Source: Actinomycetes bacterium
GTDB taxonomy: Bacteria; Actinomycetota; Acidimicrobiia; IMCC26256; PALSA-555
Length of the DNA: 45,669 nt
Direction: 5' to 3'
Assembly: GCA_037142235.1 (NCBI GenBank)
Contig: JBAXBB010000003.1
Span: 1 to 45,669 of the forward strand
Positions 28,348 to 37,519 of the stretch are shown here, in pieces. A model generated the notes under the pieces. The model was not told where the DNA came from. It made no database searches and was given only the letters and a program-made list of their open reading frames with translations. The first letter of the stretch is position 1; the number at the start of each line of letters is the position of its first letter. Made by a program: the position numbers and the translations under genes.

Positions 28348-30045
28348 CTAGGTCCGAGCGCGGGCGGCGAGGTCAGGTCGGCCCGGTCGGCGCCACAGCC
28401 GGCGCAGGCGCAGGCGCACCAGCCGGACCGGGCCGCCCTGGCGGGCGACCTGATTGCGCCCCGGTCGGAGCGTGGACGCCAACTCCGGGGCGACCTCGGC
28501 CGCGGTCGGGAGGCCCGCCGGGCCGGGGATCCGGTACACGACGAGGTGGGGACCCGACCCGTCGCGACCGGGTGGGAAGTCGGCCAGGACGCGGCCGTGG
28601 CGGGCAAGGAACCCGTAGAACGCGGCTGCCGCGCGCCCTCCCGACGGGTCGAGGTACGGACGGTCCACCTCACGGTTGAGCACCAAGACGCGGTAGCCCG
28701 TCCGCGAGTAGTCGGCGATCGACCCGGCCGACGGCAGGGCGTGATGCTCCACGCTGCGGGGATCCGCGAACTCGAGGTCGGGCCCCTTGATCTCGGAGGC
28801 GATCTGCGCGTTCCACGGGATGTTCGTGCGGAGCCACCGCTGAGCCAGGACGCTCGTCGACGCCTCGGCATCCCGATCGTCGAGCGCCACGAGGCCGACG
28901 AGAGGGCCGACCGCGACCACCACGACTCCGAGCCCCAGCACCAGCCCGGCCACCGCCGGTCGCGCCGCGGAGCGGCGCACGCGGGCCGCGACCGTTGCCG
29001 CGCCGCGCTGGAGAGCGTCGACGGCGAAGCACACGACGAAGGGCAGCACCGGGATGAGCCAGCGGTCCCAGCGCACCGGCATCGCGCTGATCGTCACCAC
29101 GAACACCGCGACCCACACGATCAGGATCGTGGCCTCGCGGTCGCGGCGACGGAGCGCCAGCACGATCCCCACCGTGGCGGCGATCAGCCCGACCCACGAG
29201 ATCGCGGTCGGGGTCGAGTGGAGCAGATAGGCCGCCAGGTTGGCGGGCCAGCCGTGGGTGCGACCCGGATCCGGGCTCACCGTCTCGTTGCGCAGGGAGG
29301 CCGCCGTGGTGCCGGGATCGAGGACGAAGAACGGGGTGGTCGCGACGAAGGTCACCACCGAGGCCGCCCCAGCGACGAACAGGATCGGGAGCCGCCGCGG
29401 CCGGGTGGACCACCAACTCGTCACCACCACCACACCGAGCAGGGCCAGAAAGTACCGCGTCGACGCGGCGAGGCCGACCCCGGCCCCGACGAGGAGAGCC
29501 CGGACGACGGTCGGGCGATCGACGAGGCGCAGGCAGGACCAGATCACGAGCAACGTGAGAAACAGCCCGATGCTGTCGGTGCGCACGATCCGCCCGTAGC
29601 CGACGCCGAGTGGGACCACGGCCCAGATCGCGGTGGAGATCGCTCCCGCGAGGTCGCCGAACACCCGACGGGCGACCGCGAACACAACGACGAGCGACGC
29701 CACCGAGAACAGCGCCACCCACAGCCGCCCCGCGAGGAAGTACCAGGAAGGATCACGCCGGAAACGCACGGCGACCGATCGGGCCTCCCCGACCACCGGC
29801 GCACCGTGGAACACGACCTCGCGGGCGCGGTACAGCAACGCCAACGGGTAGATCACCGTCGAGCCGGGATGGCCCAGCCAGTGCGGATCGAGGTCTCCTG
29901 AGGCGGCGACGTACACGGCCGGCTCGACGAAGTAGCGCTCGTCGGGCTGAGGAACCGGGAGGTCGTGGCGGATTCCCCAGACATGGGCGAACATCGAGAC
30001 CGCCACGACCGCCAGCAGGAACGTCGTCCGTGCTCGTCGAGACAC
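28348..30045 (-). CDS. GT-C glycosyltransferase (ArnT/PMT, GT39-like)
   Basis: N-terminal TM then QPDE, LDPHWLGHPG, many TMs, RTDS, RWLIPVLP. Confidence 0.8.
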   Translation of the reverse strand: MSRRARTTFLLAVVAVSMFAHVWGIRHDLPVPQPDERYFVEPAVYVAASGDLDPHWLGHPGSTVIYPLALLYRAREVVFHGAPVVGEARSVAVRFRRDPSWYFLAGRLWVALFSVASLVVVFAVARRVFGDLAGAISTAIWAVVPLGVGYGRIVRTDSIGLFLTLLVIWSCLRLVDRPTVVRALLVGAGVGLAASTRYFLALLGVVVVTSWWSTRPRRLPILFVAGAASVVTFVATTPFFVLDPGTTAASLRNETVSPDPGRTHGWPANLAAYLLHSTPTAISWVGLIAATVGIVLALRRRDREATILIVWVAVFVVTISAMPVRWDRWLIPVLPFVVCFAVDALQRGAATVAARVRRSAARPAVAGLVLGLGVVVVAVGPLVGLVALDDRDAEASTSVLAQRWLRTNIPWNAQIASEIKGPDLEFADPRSVEHHALPSAGSIADYSRTGYRVLVLNREVDRPYLDPSGGRAAAAFYGFLARHGRVLADFPPGRDGSGPHLVVYRIPGPAGLPTAAEVAPELASTLRPGRNQVARQGGPVRLVRLRLRRLWRRPGRPDLAARART

Positions 30046-30140
30046 TGGGCGCCTCCCCGAAGGAGCCTACGCTCACCGGGTCCGGGCAAGCCTCGGCCGG
30101 CACTCAGCCGAGACTCAGGTTGGCACCGTAGGGTCACTCC

Positions 30141-31067
30141 GTGGCCGAAGCCGTCGTCGTCGTCGAAGGACTCTCCAAGTCGTTCGGAGGCACCGCGGCC
30201 GTCGAGGACCTGTCGTTTCGCGTCGAGCGCGGTCAGGTGTTCGGGATCCTCGGCCCGAACGGGGCCGGCAAGACCACCACGCTCCGGGTCTTGATGGGCC
30301 TCCAACGTCCCACGAAGGGTGAGGTCCGCCTGTTCGGCACCACGATCACCCCCGGTGCCGCAGTGCTGGGCCGGGTGGGCGCGCTCGTCGAGCAGGCGGC
30401 CTTCGTCCCGCACCTCTCCGGGATGCGCAACCTCCGACTCTGGTGGGAAGCCGGGGGCGGCCACCTCCGCGACGCCGACCTCGCCGGCGCGCTGGCCATC
30501 GCCGGCCTCGGCGACGCCGTCCACCGGAAGGTGCGCACCTACTCCCAGGGCATGAAGCAGCGGCTCGGGCTCGCCCGCCTGCTGCTCGGTCGCCCGGAGC
30601 TGCTCGTGCTCGACGAGCCCACCAACGGGCTCGATCCCGGCGAGATCCGCGAGATCCGCGACCTCATCACCAGGATCACCGCCGAGGGCGCCACGGTGCT
30701 GCTCTCCAGCCACCATCTCAACGAGGTCGAGCAGACCTGCAGCGACGTCCTCGTGATGGACCGCGGGCGCCTGGTCACCACCGGACCGGTCCGCACCATC
30801 GTGGGCACCGCCCGTTCGGCGCTGGTGGAGGTCGACGATCGCGATCGGGCCCTCACCGTGATCCGCAGCGTGCCCGGCGTGGCGGGCGTCGAGCACCACG
30901 TCGACGGTCTCGTCGTCGACCTCGGAACCGCCCGGCGGTCCGACGTGGCCGCCGCGATCGTGCACGCCGGACTCCGGCTCGAGACGATCGCCCCGACCCA
31001 GGCCCTCGAGGACGTGTTCCTCGACCTCGTCTCGGGCGCCGATCCCCACCCCGGCGCGGCGCCGTGA
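30141..31067 (+). CDS. ABC transporter ATP-binding protein
   Basis: GPNGAGKT, YSQGM, LDEPTNGLD, SSH; TAGGGT 6 nt upstream. Confidence 0.93.
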   Translation: MAEAVVVVEGLSKSFGGTAAVEDLSFRVERGQVFGILGPNGAGKTTTLRVLMGLQRPTKGEVRLFGTTITPGAAVLGRVGALVEQAAFVPHLSGMRNLRLWWEAGGGHLRDADLAGALAIAGLGDAVHRKVRTYSQGMKQRLGLARLLLGRPELLVLDEPTNGLDPGEIREIRDLITRITAEGATVLLSSHHLNEVEQTCSDVLVMDRGRLVTTGPVRTIVGTARSALVEVDDRDRALTVIRSVPGVAGVEHHVDGLVVDLGTARRSDVAAAIVHAGLRLETIAPTQALEDVFLDLVSGADPHPGAAP

Positions 31068-31891
31068 TCGCGCTCTTCCGCACGGAACTGGTCAAGGCCA
31101 CAGTTCGCGTCCGGACGCTCATCGTCGCCGCCATCCTGGTGGCACTGCCCGTGCTGATCAGCGTGGCCATCCACGCCCGAAAAGGACGGGGGCCGGCCCG
31201 CGAGGGCCTCGGTGTGCTCGCCCGGCAGAGCGGCCTCCTCATGCCCGCCGCGATCCTCGGCTTCACCAGCGCCTTCCTCCTGATCATCATCGCGGGCACC
31301 TTCGCCGGCGACGCCGTGGCCGGCGACGCCGCCAGCGGGAACCTCCGCTACGTGCTGATCCGGCCGGTGTCACGTGGTCGGCTCCTGATCGCCAAGCTCG
31401 CCGCGGCCGGGGTGCTCGTCTGGGCCATGACGCTGCTGGTCGCCTGCGTCGGACTGGTGGCGGGTCTCGCCCTGTTCGGGTCACACCCTGCGATCGTCCC
31501 CAGTCTGGCGGGTGGGTCGCTCCATACGTTCACCCTCGGGACGGGCACGCAACTCGTACGGGTCGGGATCGCAACCCTCTACATCGCGGCGGGCTTCACC
31601 GGCCTCCTCGCGATCGGCACGTTCTTCTCGACGCTCACCGACACACCTGCCGGCGCGATCGGGGCCTGCGTCGGCGTCTACATCGTCTCGGAGATCCTCG
31701 ACGGCATCGACCAGCTGGGTCGCCTCCGGTACGTCCTCCCGACCCACTACCGCGCTGCGTGGGAGCCGCTGTTCACCGAGAACCGCTTCTCGCACGACCT
31801 GCTGACCGGGCTGCTGGTGCAGGCCGCCTACCTCGTGGTGTTCCTCGGGGCGGCCGTGATCTGGTTCCGCCGCAAGGACATCCGCTCCTGA
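31064..31891 (+). CDS. ABC-2 type transporter permease
   Basis: GTGA overlap; AGDAVAGDAASGNLRYVLIRPVSR, FRRKDI terminus. Confidence 0.9.
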   Translation: MIALFRTELVKATVRVRTLIVAAILVALPVLISVAIHARKGRGPAREGLGVLARQSGLLMPAAILGFTSAFLLIIIAGTFAGDAVAGDAASGNLRYVLIRPVSRGRLLIAKLAAAGVLVWAMTLLVACVGLVAGLALFGSHPAIVPSLAGGSLHTFTLGTGTQLVRVGIATLYIAAGFTGLLAIGTFFSTLTDTPAGAIGACVGVYIVSEILDGIDQLGRLRYVLPTHYRAAWEPLFTENRFSHDLLTGLLVQAAYLVVFLGAAVIWFRRKDIRS

Positions 31892-32042
31892 GCCCACCGG
31901 GCCAGGGACCTCTCGCCGAGCAGCCGGCCGGGCCTGGGCGGGGCCTGAGTGGTTCCTTCCCGGCAGGGTGCAGCAGAATGCCCACCTAGGCACCTCCTCG
32001 ACCGGTCCGACGGCGGGGAGCCGAGGGCAACGAGGGGGAACC

Positions 32043-33917
32043 ATGGGGGCGACGGTCGACACGGCGTTCATCCGACGGGCGGTGGAGCTCGCCGACCTCA
32101 ACGGAGTCCGGGTGGCGCTGTACCACCAGACTCGCGACCCGGAGATCGCCGCCCTGCCGATGACGCTGGCTCTCGACGACACCCAGCGCCAGCTGCTGAT
32201 CGACAAGGCCACGGCCTGGCTCGAGGAGAACGCCTCGACCCGCCGCCTCCCGACACCGCCCGACGCCGAGCTGCGCGAGCTCTTGAACCTCGCAACCAAG
32301 GAGGAGATGGGAGACCTCGAGTTCGAGGCCCGGCGCTTCCTGCCCGCGTTCGAGGACTTCCCCTTCATGATCGAGTGGGAGGGTGAGCAGCCGGCGATCC
32401 CCGCAGGCTTCTCCGTCGCCATCATCGGCAGCGGCTTCAGCGGGTTGGCGATGGCCGTCCAGTGCGAGCGCCTCGGCCTGCCCTACACCGTGTTCGAGCG
32501 TCGGCCCGAACCCGGTGGCACCTGGAGCGTCAACCGCTACCCCGACATCCGCGTCGACACGATCTCGATCACCTACGAGTTCGCCTTCGAGAAGGACTAC
32601 CGCTGGTCCGAGTACTTCGGGCGCGGGAAGGAAGTGCGCGAGTACCTCGAGATGGTCTCGAAGAAGTTCGGCGTCTACGCCAACACGAAGTTCTCCCACG
32701 ACCTGCAGAAGGCGACGTTCGACGAAGCCCGCGACGTCTGGGTGCTCGAGTTCGACACCCCCGACGGCCTCCAGACCCACGAGGGGAACTTCATCGTCAA
32801 CGGCGTCGGCACGTTCGCCAACCCCAGGTTCCCGTCGTTCGAGGGACAGGAGACCTTCGAGGGTCAGATCCTGCACCCGGCCCGTTGGCCCGCCGACTTC
32901 GACGCCTCCGGCAAGCGGATCGCCGTGGTCGGCAATGGCTCCACCGGGGTGCAGCTCCTGGCGCCGATCGCCGAGGCCGCCGAGCACGTCACCGTGTTCC
33001 AGCGCACCCCGCAGTGGATCAGCCCCCGCGACAAGTACGGGCAGGCCATGGAGCCCGAGATCCTGTGGCTGATCGACCACTTCCCCGGTTACTGGAACTG
33101 GTGGCGCTACATGGCCATCGCCGGGCTCTTCGGCACCCACGGCTTCATCGTCCCCGACGAGGAGTGGGTGGCCAAGGGCGGCAAGTGGAACCCGATGAAC
33201 GACCAGTTGCGCTCCGACCTCACCGCCTACATCGGGGCGCAGGTGGGCGGCGACCCGGAGCTGATCGAGAAACTGGTCCCCGACTACGCACCGTTCTCGC
33301 GGCGCCCCGTCGTCGACAACCGCTGGTACCAGTCACTGACCCGCGACAACGTCGACCTCGTGGCCGACCCGATCGTCCGCTTCACGTCCACCGGCATCGA
33401 GACCACCGACGGCACCCTGCACGAGGTCGACATCGTCGTCACGGCGACCGGGTTCGAGGTGATGAAGTACCTCTGGCCGGCCGACTACCTCGGCACCGAG
33501 GGCCAGAGCATCCACGACTTCTGGTCGAAGGACGGTCCGCGCGCCTACCTCTCCATGATGACGCCGAACTTCCCTAACATGTTCATGCTCTACGGGCCCA
33601 ACAGCCAACCGCTCTCCGGCGGCACCGGCCTCCCGATCTGGTACGTGATCTGGTCCGCCTACGCGGCCCGCTGCATCACCCGCCTGCTCCAGGAGGGCAA
33701 GTCGCGCGTCGAGGTCAGGAACGACGCGTACGAGCGCTACAACCAGGCCCTCGACGCCGAGGCCGCGGACCTTCTGCTGATGCAGAACGAAGGCGCTCGA
33801 GACAAGAACTACTACATCAACGAGCACGGCCGGATGCAGGTGAACGCGCCGTGGTACGGACCCGAGTTCCACCGCATGTGCACCAACGTCGACTGGGACG
33901 ACCTCGAGCTCTCCTGA
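32043..33917 (+). CDS. Baeyer-Villiger monooxygenase with N-terminal extension (HAPMO-like)
   Basis: GSGFSG, GGTWSVNRYP, FEGQILHPARWP, GNGSTG, ATGF. Confidence 0.92.
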   Translation: MGATVDTAFIRRAVELADLNGVRVALYHQTRDPEIAALPMTLALDDTQRQLLIDKATAWLEENASTRRLPTPPDAELRELLNLATKEEMGDLEFEARRFLPAFEDFPFMIEWEGEQPAIPAGFSVAIIGSGFSGLAMAVQCERLGLPYTVFERRPEPGGTWSVNRYPDIRVDTISITYEFAFEKDYRWSEYFGRGKEVREYLEMVSKKFGVYANTKFSHDLQKATFDEARDVWVLEFDTPDGLQTHEGNFIVNGVGTFANPRFPSFEGQETFEGQILHPARWPADFDASGKRIAVVGNGSTGVQLLAPIAEAAEHVTVFQRTPQWISPRDKYGQAMEPEILWLIDHFPGYWNWWRYMAIAGLFGTHGFIVPDEEWVAKGGKWNPMNDQLRSDLTAYIGAQVGGDPELIEKLVPDYAPFSRRPVVDNRWYQSLTRDNVDLVADPIVRFTSTGIETTDGTLHEVDIVVTATGFEVMKYLWPADYLGTEGQSIHDFWSKDGPRAYLSMMTPNFPNMFMLYGPNSQPLSGGTGLPIWYVIWSAYAARCITRLLQEGKSRVEVRNDAYERYNQALDAEAADLLLMQNEGARDKNYYINEHGRMQVNAPWYGPEFHRMCTNVDWDDLELS

Positions 33918-33921
33918 CCGG

Positions 33922-33948
33922 GACCCGACCGACCCGACCGACCCGACC
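33922..33948. repeat. 9-bp tandem repeat GACCCGACC x3
   Basis: Read directly, intergenic. Confidence 0.85.
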
Positions 33949-33984
33949 GAGAAGGCCGCGACCCCGGTGCCGACGACCGCGACC

Positions 33985-34776
33985 ATGACGTCCGACCAAC
34001 AACGGCTCGAGACGTGGGAGCTCCGGACGCGGCCCGCGATCGTCGCGGCCGCGATCGCACCGTTGATCGGGGTCACGACCGGCACCGCGCACATCGGGGC
34101 CGTCGGCATCGCCATCGAGATCGTGTCGTGGTTGGTGTTCCTCGTCGACCTGATCGTCCACATCCGGCTCAAGCCGGGCTACCTCCGGACCGGGATCGGT
34201 CGCTTCGACCTGGCCGTGGTGGTGCTCACCTCCCCCTGGTACCTGATCCCGGGTGCGCATGGGGGCGAGATCGTCACCGTCCTCCGACTGGCCCGATTGG
34301 CCCGGGTGGTGATGGTCGCCGTCCACGCCCCGCGGATCCGGCGCACGTTCTCGCGGCTGGGCAGACCGGTGATGTACATGGCCATGGCCGTGTTCGTCTG
34401 TGCCGGGATCACCATGCGCGCCGAGCACCACCAGAACGGGTTCAAGAACTACGGCGCCTCCCTGTGGTGGGGTGTCGTCACGGTCACCACCGTGGGCTAC
34501 GGCGACATCGTGCCCCAGACCACCGTGGGGCGCCTCGCCGCCACGGTCCTGATGCTCGTGGGCATCGCCATGCTCGGCACCGTGGCGGCCTCGCTCGCCG
34601 CCCTCTTCCGCCTCGAGGACCGCGACGAGGGCGGCGCGGCGGACGGAGAGGCCGACCAGCGGGCCCCGGCCGCCGGCGACCGCAGCGAGGTGGCCGGCGA
34701 CGTGGTCGCCGAGTTGCGCTCGCTGCGCAGCGAGGTGGCCGCCCTGCGCCAGGAGCTGGGTCGCCCGACCCCCTGA
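33985..34776 (+). CDS. Potassium channel, voltage-gated-like
   Basis: S4-like LRLARLARV, pore WWGVVTVTTVGYGDIVP, C-terminal coiled coil. Confidence 0.92.
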   Translation: MTSDQQRLETWELRTRPAIVAAAIAPLIGVTTGTAHIGAVGIAIEIVSWLVFLVDLIVHIRLKPGYLRTGIGRFDLAVVVLTSPWYLIPGAHGGEIVTVLRLARLARVVMVAVHAPRIRRTFSRLGRPVMYMAMAVFVCAGITMRAEHHQNGFKNYGASLWWGVVTVTTVGYGDIVPQTTVGRLAATVLMLVGIAMLGTVAASLAALFRLEDRDEGGAADGEADQRAPAAGDRSEVAGDVVAELRSLRSEVAALRQELGRPTP

Positions 34777-34804
34777 TCGGCCCCCTGATCAGCCCCCTGA
34801 TCGG
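34769..34804. repeat. 12-bp tandem repeat CCCCCTGATC(G/A)G x3
   Basis: Read directly; the first copy contains the channel stop codon. Confidence 0.88.
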
Positions 34805-34850
34805 CCAGGGGTGGTGCACACCCGCGGTGACCGCAGGCCCGGCGGCCCGC

Positions 34851-34947
34851 TAGCCTGGCTCCAACGGCCCGGCAACCCGGCCATCACCACTCTGGAACAT
34901 CGCTGCCTTGAACTTCGGTGGTGGCTGTCCCTCCACCGAGGAGATCT
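34851..34947 (+). promoter_or_regulatory. -10 box TAGCCT and structured 5' leader of the desaturase
   Basis: TAGCCT 34851-34856; alternative helices 34880-34888/34917-34925 and 34913-34921/34933-34941; RBS GAGGAG 34938-34943. Confidence 0.45.
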
Positions 34948-35907
34948 GTGTCTGCTTCCACCCTGCTCCCACCCACCGACGACGGGCCTGAACTGCCCTC
35001 GCCTTCGGGCTTCACCGGTCCGCTGAGCCACCCACCGCTCTACGGCCAGATCCTCACCGGCGTGTTCTTCCTCGCCCCGTTCGTGGCCTTGGCCATCTTG
35101 ATCCTTGACGGCCAGCCGTTCCCGTGGTGGGCCGTGGCACTGACCGCTGCGGTCATCGTCGTGGTCGGCCACGGGGTGACGATCGGCTACCACCGATGCT
35201 TCACCCACCGCAGCTTCGTGGCGAAGCGCCCGCTCAAGATCGTGCTCGCCGTGCTCGGCAGCATGGCGTTCCAGGGTTCCATCATCGGCTGGGTCGCCGA
35301 CCACCGGCGCCACCACCGCTTCACCGACCGGCCCGGCGACCCACACTCGCCGATCGTGAAGGGTGACCGTGAGATCAGCGGCATCAGAGGCCTCTGGCAC
35401 GCCCACCTCGGCTGGTGCTTCACCGTCGACCCCACGTCGCGCGAGCACTACACCCCCGACCTCCTCGCCGACCGCGACATCGTGTGGATCGACCGCCTGT
35501 TCATCCCGCTGTCGGTCGCCACCTTCGCCGTGCCGTCCGCGATCGGCTTCGCCATCGCCGGTGGGAACGGTGCCCTCATCGCGTTCCTCTGCGCCGGCTT
35601 CGTACGCATCGGGGTCACGCTCAACGGCACGTGGTCGGTCAACTCGTTCTGCCACCGCTTCGGCAAGCGGCCGTTCGCCACCCGTGACGTGAGCACGAAT
35701 CTGGCGCCGCTGGCGCTCCTGACCATGGGCGAGTCGTGGCACAACAACCACCACGCCTTCCCCCGCTCCGCCCGCCACGGCCTGTTCCCCGGACAGATCG
35801 ACACCTCGGCCCGGATCATCAGCTGGTTCGAGCGGTTCGGATGGGTGACCGACGTCCAGTGGCCCGACCCCGCCCGCGTGCAGGCCGCGCTGGTCGACGC
35901 CGCCTGA
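34948..35907 (+). CDS. Acyl-CoA (delta-9-like) fatty acid desaturase
   Basis: His boxes HRCFTH, DHRRHH, GESWHNNHH; GDPHSP, SARHG. Confidence 0.93.
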   Translation: MSASTLLPPTDDGPELPSPSGFTGPLSHPPLYGQILTGVFFLAPFVALAILILDGQPFPWWAVALTAAVIVVVGHGVTIGYHRCFTHRSFVAKRPLKIVLAVLGSMAFQGSIIGWVADHRRHHRFTDRPGDPHSPIVKGDREISGIRGLWHAHLGWCFTVDPTSREHYTPDLLADRDIVWIDRLFIPLSVATFAVPSAIGFAIAGGNGALIAFLCAGFVRIGVTLNGTWSVNSFCHRFGKRPFATRDVSTNLAPLALLTMGESWHNNHHAFPRSARHGLFPGQIDTSARIISWFERFGWVTDVQWPDPARVQAALVDAA

Positions 35908-35908
35908 C

Positions 35909-36163
35909 GTGGGATCCGAGAGCTTCCAGAAGCGCCAACGCGAGCGCAACCGGCAAGAGCGCGCGGCCGACCGTCGTGAGCGACGGGAGATCCGCAAGGA
36001 GTCCGCTGCCGACGCCGAGCCGATCGACACCGAAGCGCTGATGGAGCAGTTCCGCGTGCTGAGCGAACGTCACGCCGCCGGAGCCGTCGATGCCGCGACC
36101 TACGAGGCCGAACGCGCCATCATCTTCGAGGCGCTCGGCCTCGGCGATCCCGCCGGAGACTGA
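35909..36163 (+). CDS. Small hypothetical protein (basic N-terminal helix, acidic C-terminus)
   Basis: Starts 1 nt after the desaturase stop; SFQKRQRERNRQERAADRRERR. Confidence 0.65.
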   Translation: MGSESFQKRQRERNRQERAADRRERREIRKESAADAEPIDTEALMEQFRVLSERHAAGAVDAATYEAERAIIFEALGLGDPAGD

Positions 36164-36196
36164 TCCGGCAACGCGCCGGGACCTGCCCCGTCCCGG

Positions 36197-37447
36197 TCAG
36201 GTCTCCACGTCCGGCTCGGTCCACTCGTACTGCGGCGTGGCACCCGGTTCGCGGTCACGGGGCGCGAAGATCAGCCACAACGGCAGGACGACCGTGATCG
36301 ACAATGCGCCGATGCCGAGTGACGCGCGGGTCCCCATGTGCTCGCCGAACCAGCCCACGATCGGACCACCCACGACCCGAGTGCCGGACACCGCGATGAC
36401 GAACAGCGCCATCACCCGGCCGCGCATCACCGGCTTCGAGTAGAGCTGCAATCGGGTACTGGCCACGGCCGCGAATCCCACGCCGGCGGCGCCCGCCACC
36501 ACCAGCACAGGAACCGCCCAGGTCGTCGACGGCACGAAGGTCGCCACCCACAGCGCCGCGCCCGACACTCCGACCGACCAGGCCATGGTCCGGCGGGCCG
36601 GATTGGCCCGTCGGGCGCTCTCCAGCCCGCCCAGCACGGCCCCCACGCCCACCGACGACGCCAGCAGCCCGTAGGTCGCGGCGTTGCCGTGGAAGACGAA
36701 CCGGGCGAAGAGCGGGAGCGACACCTCGAACTCCCACGCCAACCCGAACACGACCGCCACCAGGAGCAGGGTCGAGAGCAGCTCCGGCGTGGTCCAGGCG
36801 TAGGCCAGGCCGGCCCGCACCTGGCCGCGGGCAGGTGGCTCTCGCACCGCCGGATGCATCCGGCTCACGTCCATCATCAACAGGGCCACGATCACCGCCA
36901 GGAACGAGCCGGCATTGATGAGGAAACAAGGCCCCACGCCCAGCACGGCGATGGTCACGCCGGCCAGGGCCGGACCAACGGCCCGGCACATGCCCCCGAC
37001 CGTCACGTTGAGGCTGACGGCGTTGGCGAGGTCGTCGGGGCCGACCAGATCGAAGACGATCGTCTGGCGGACCGGCTGGTCGACGGCGTTGATCACGCCC
37101 AGGATCGCCGCCAGAACGTAGACCATCCAGAGCTGGACGTGCCCGGTGGTGACGAGGACCCCGAGCACCAGGGCCTCGACCCCGGCGACGGCCTGGGTGA
37201 CCATGTAGAGGCGCCGCCGGTCGAGCCGGTCGGCCAGCACCCCACCTGGCCCGCCGAAGAGCACCAGGGGGCCGAACTGCAAGGTGGTGAGGACCCCGAG
37301 CGCGGTGCCGCTCCCCGTGAGTTGGAGCACCAGCCAGGCCTGGGCCACGGTCTGCATGAACGTGCCGGCCATCGAGACGAGTTGGCCCACGAAATAGAGC
37401 CGGTAGTTCGGGTTGCGCAGGGACCGGAACGTCGACGACCGCGCCAT
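36197..37447 (-). CDS. MFS transporter (MFS_3/DHA3-like)
   Basis: FRSLRNPNYRLYF, QAWLVLQLTGS, GGVLADRLDRR, RGRVMA; ATG 37447 with TACGAT upstream. Confidence 0.9.
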   Translation of the reverse strand: MARSSTFRSLRNPNYRLYFVGQLVSMAGTFMQTVAQAWLVLQLTGSGTALGVLTTLQFGPLVLFGGPGGVLADRLDRRRLYMVTQAVAGVEALVLGVLVTTGHVQLWMVYVLAAILGVINAVDQPVRQTIVFDLVGPDDLANAVSLNVTVGGMCRAVGPALAGVTIAVLGVGPCFLINAGSFLAVIVALLMMDVSRMHPAVREPPARGQVRAGLAYAWTTPELLSTLLLVAVVFGLAWEFEVSLPLFARFVFHGNAATYGLLASSVGVGAVLGGLESARRANPARRTMAWSVGVSGAALWVATFVPSTTWAVPVLVVAGAAGVGFAAVASTRLQLYSKPVMRGRVMALFVIAVSGTRVVGGPIVGWFGEHMGTRASLGIGALSITVVLPLWLIFAPRDREPGATPQYEWTEPDVET

Positions 37448-37519
37448 GGAAGACCCGATCGTAGGCCGGTCGGTCCGGACCCCCTGCACGGACCACCCGA
37501 TCTGTGCAAACCTCGGGCC

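Noticed and set aside
26143-29901. 1252-aa plus-strand ORF, and similar long ORFs at 2651-5290, 11247-13199 and 19974-21749
   Set aside because: They lie mostly antisense to well-supported genes, have no motifs and are expected shadows of high-GC codon usage.
33922-34804. Short repeats as a possible CRISPR array or element ends
   Set aside because: Units are 9-12 bp with no spacers, the two arrays differ, and no cas or transposase gene is present.
34866-34882. GGCCCGGCAACCC resembling part of a SAM-I/IV riboswitch
   Set aside because: The other conserved SAM elements were not recognisable and the downstream gene is not sulfur-related; an Rfam scan would settle it.
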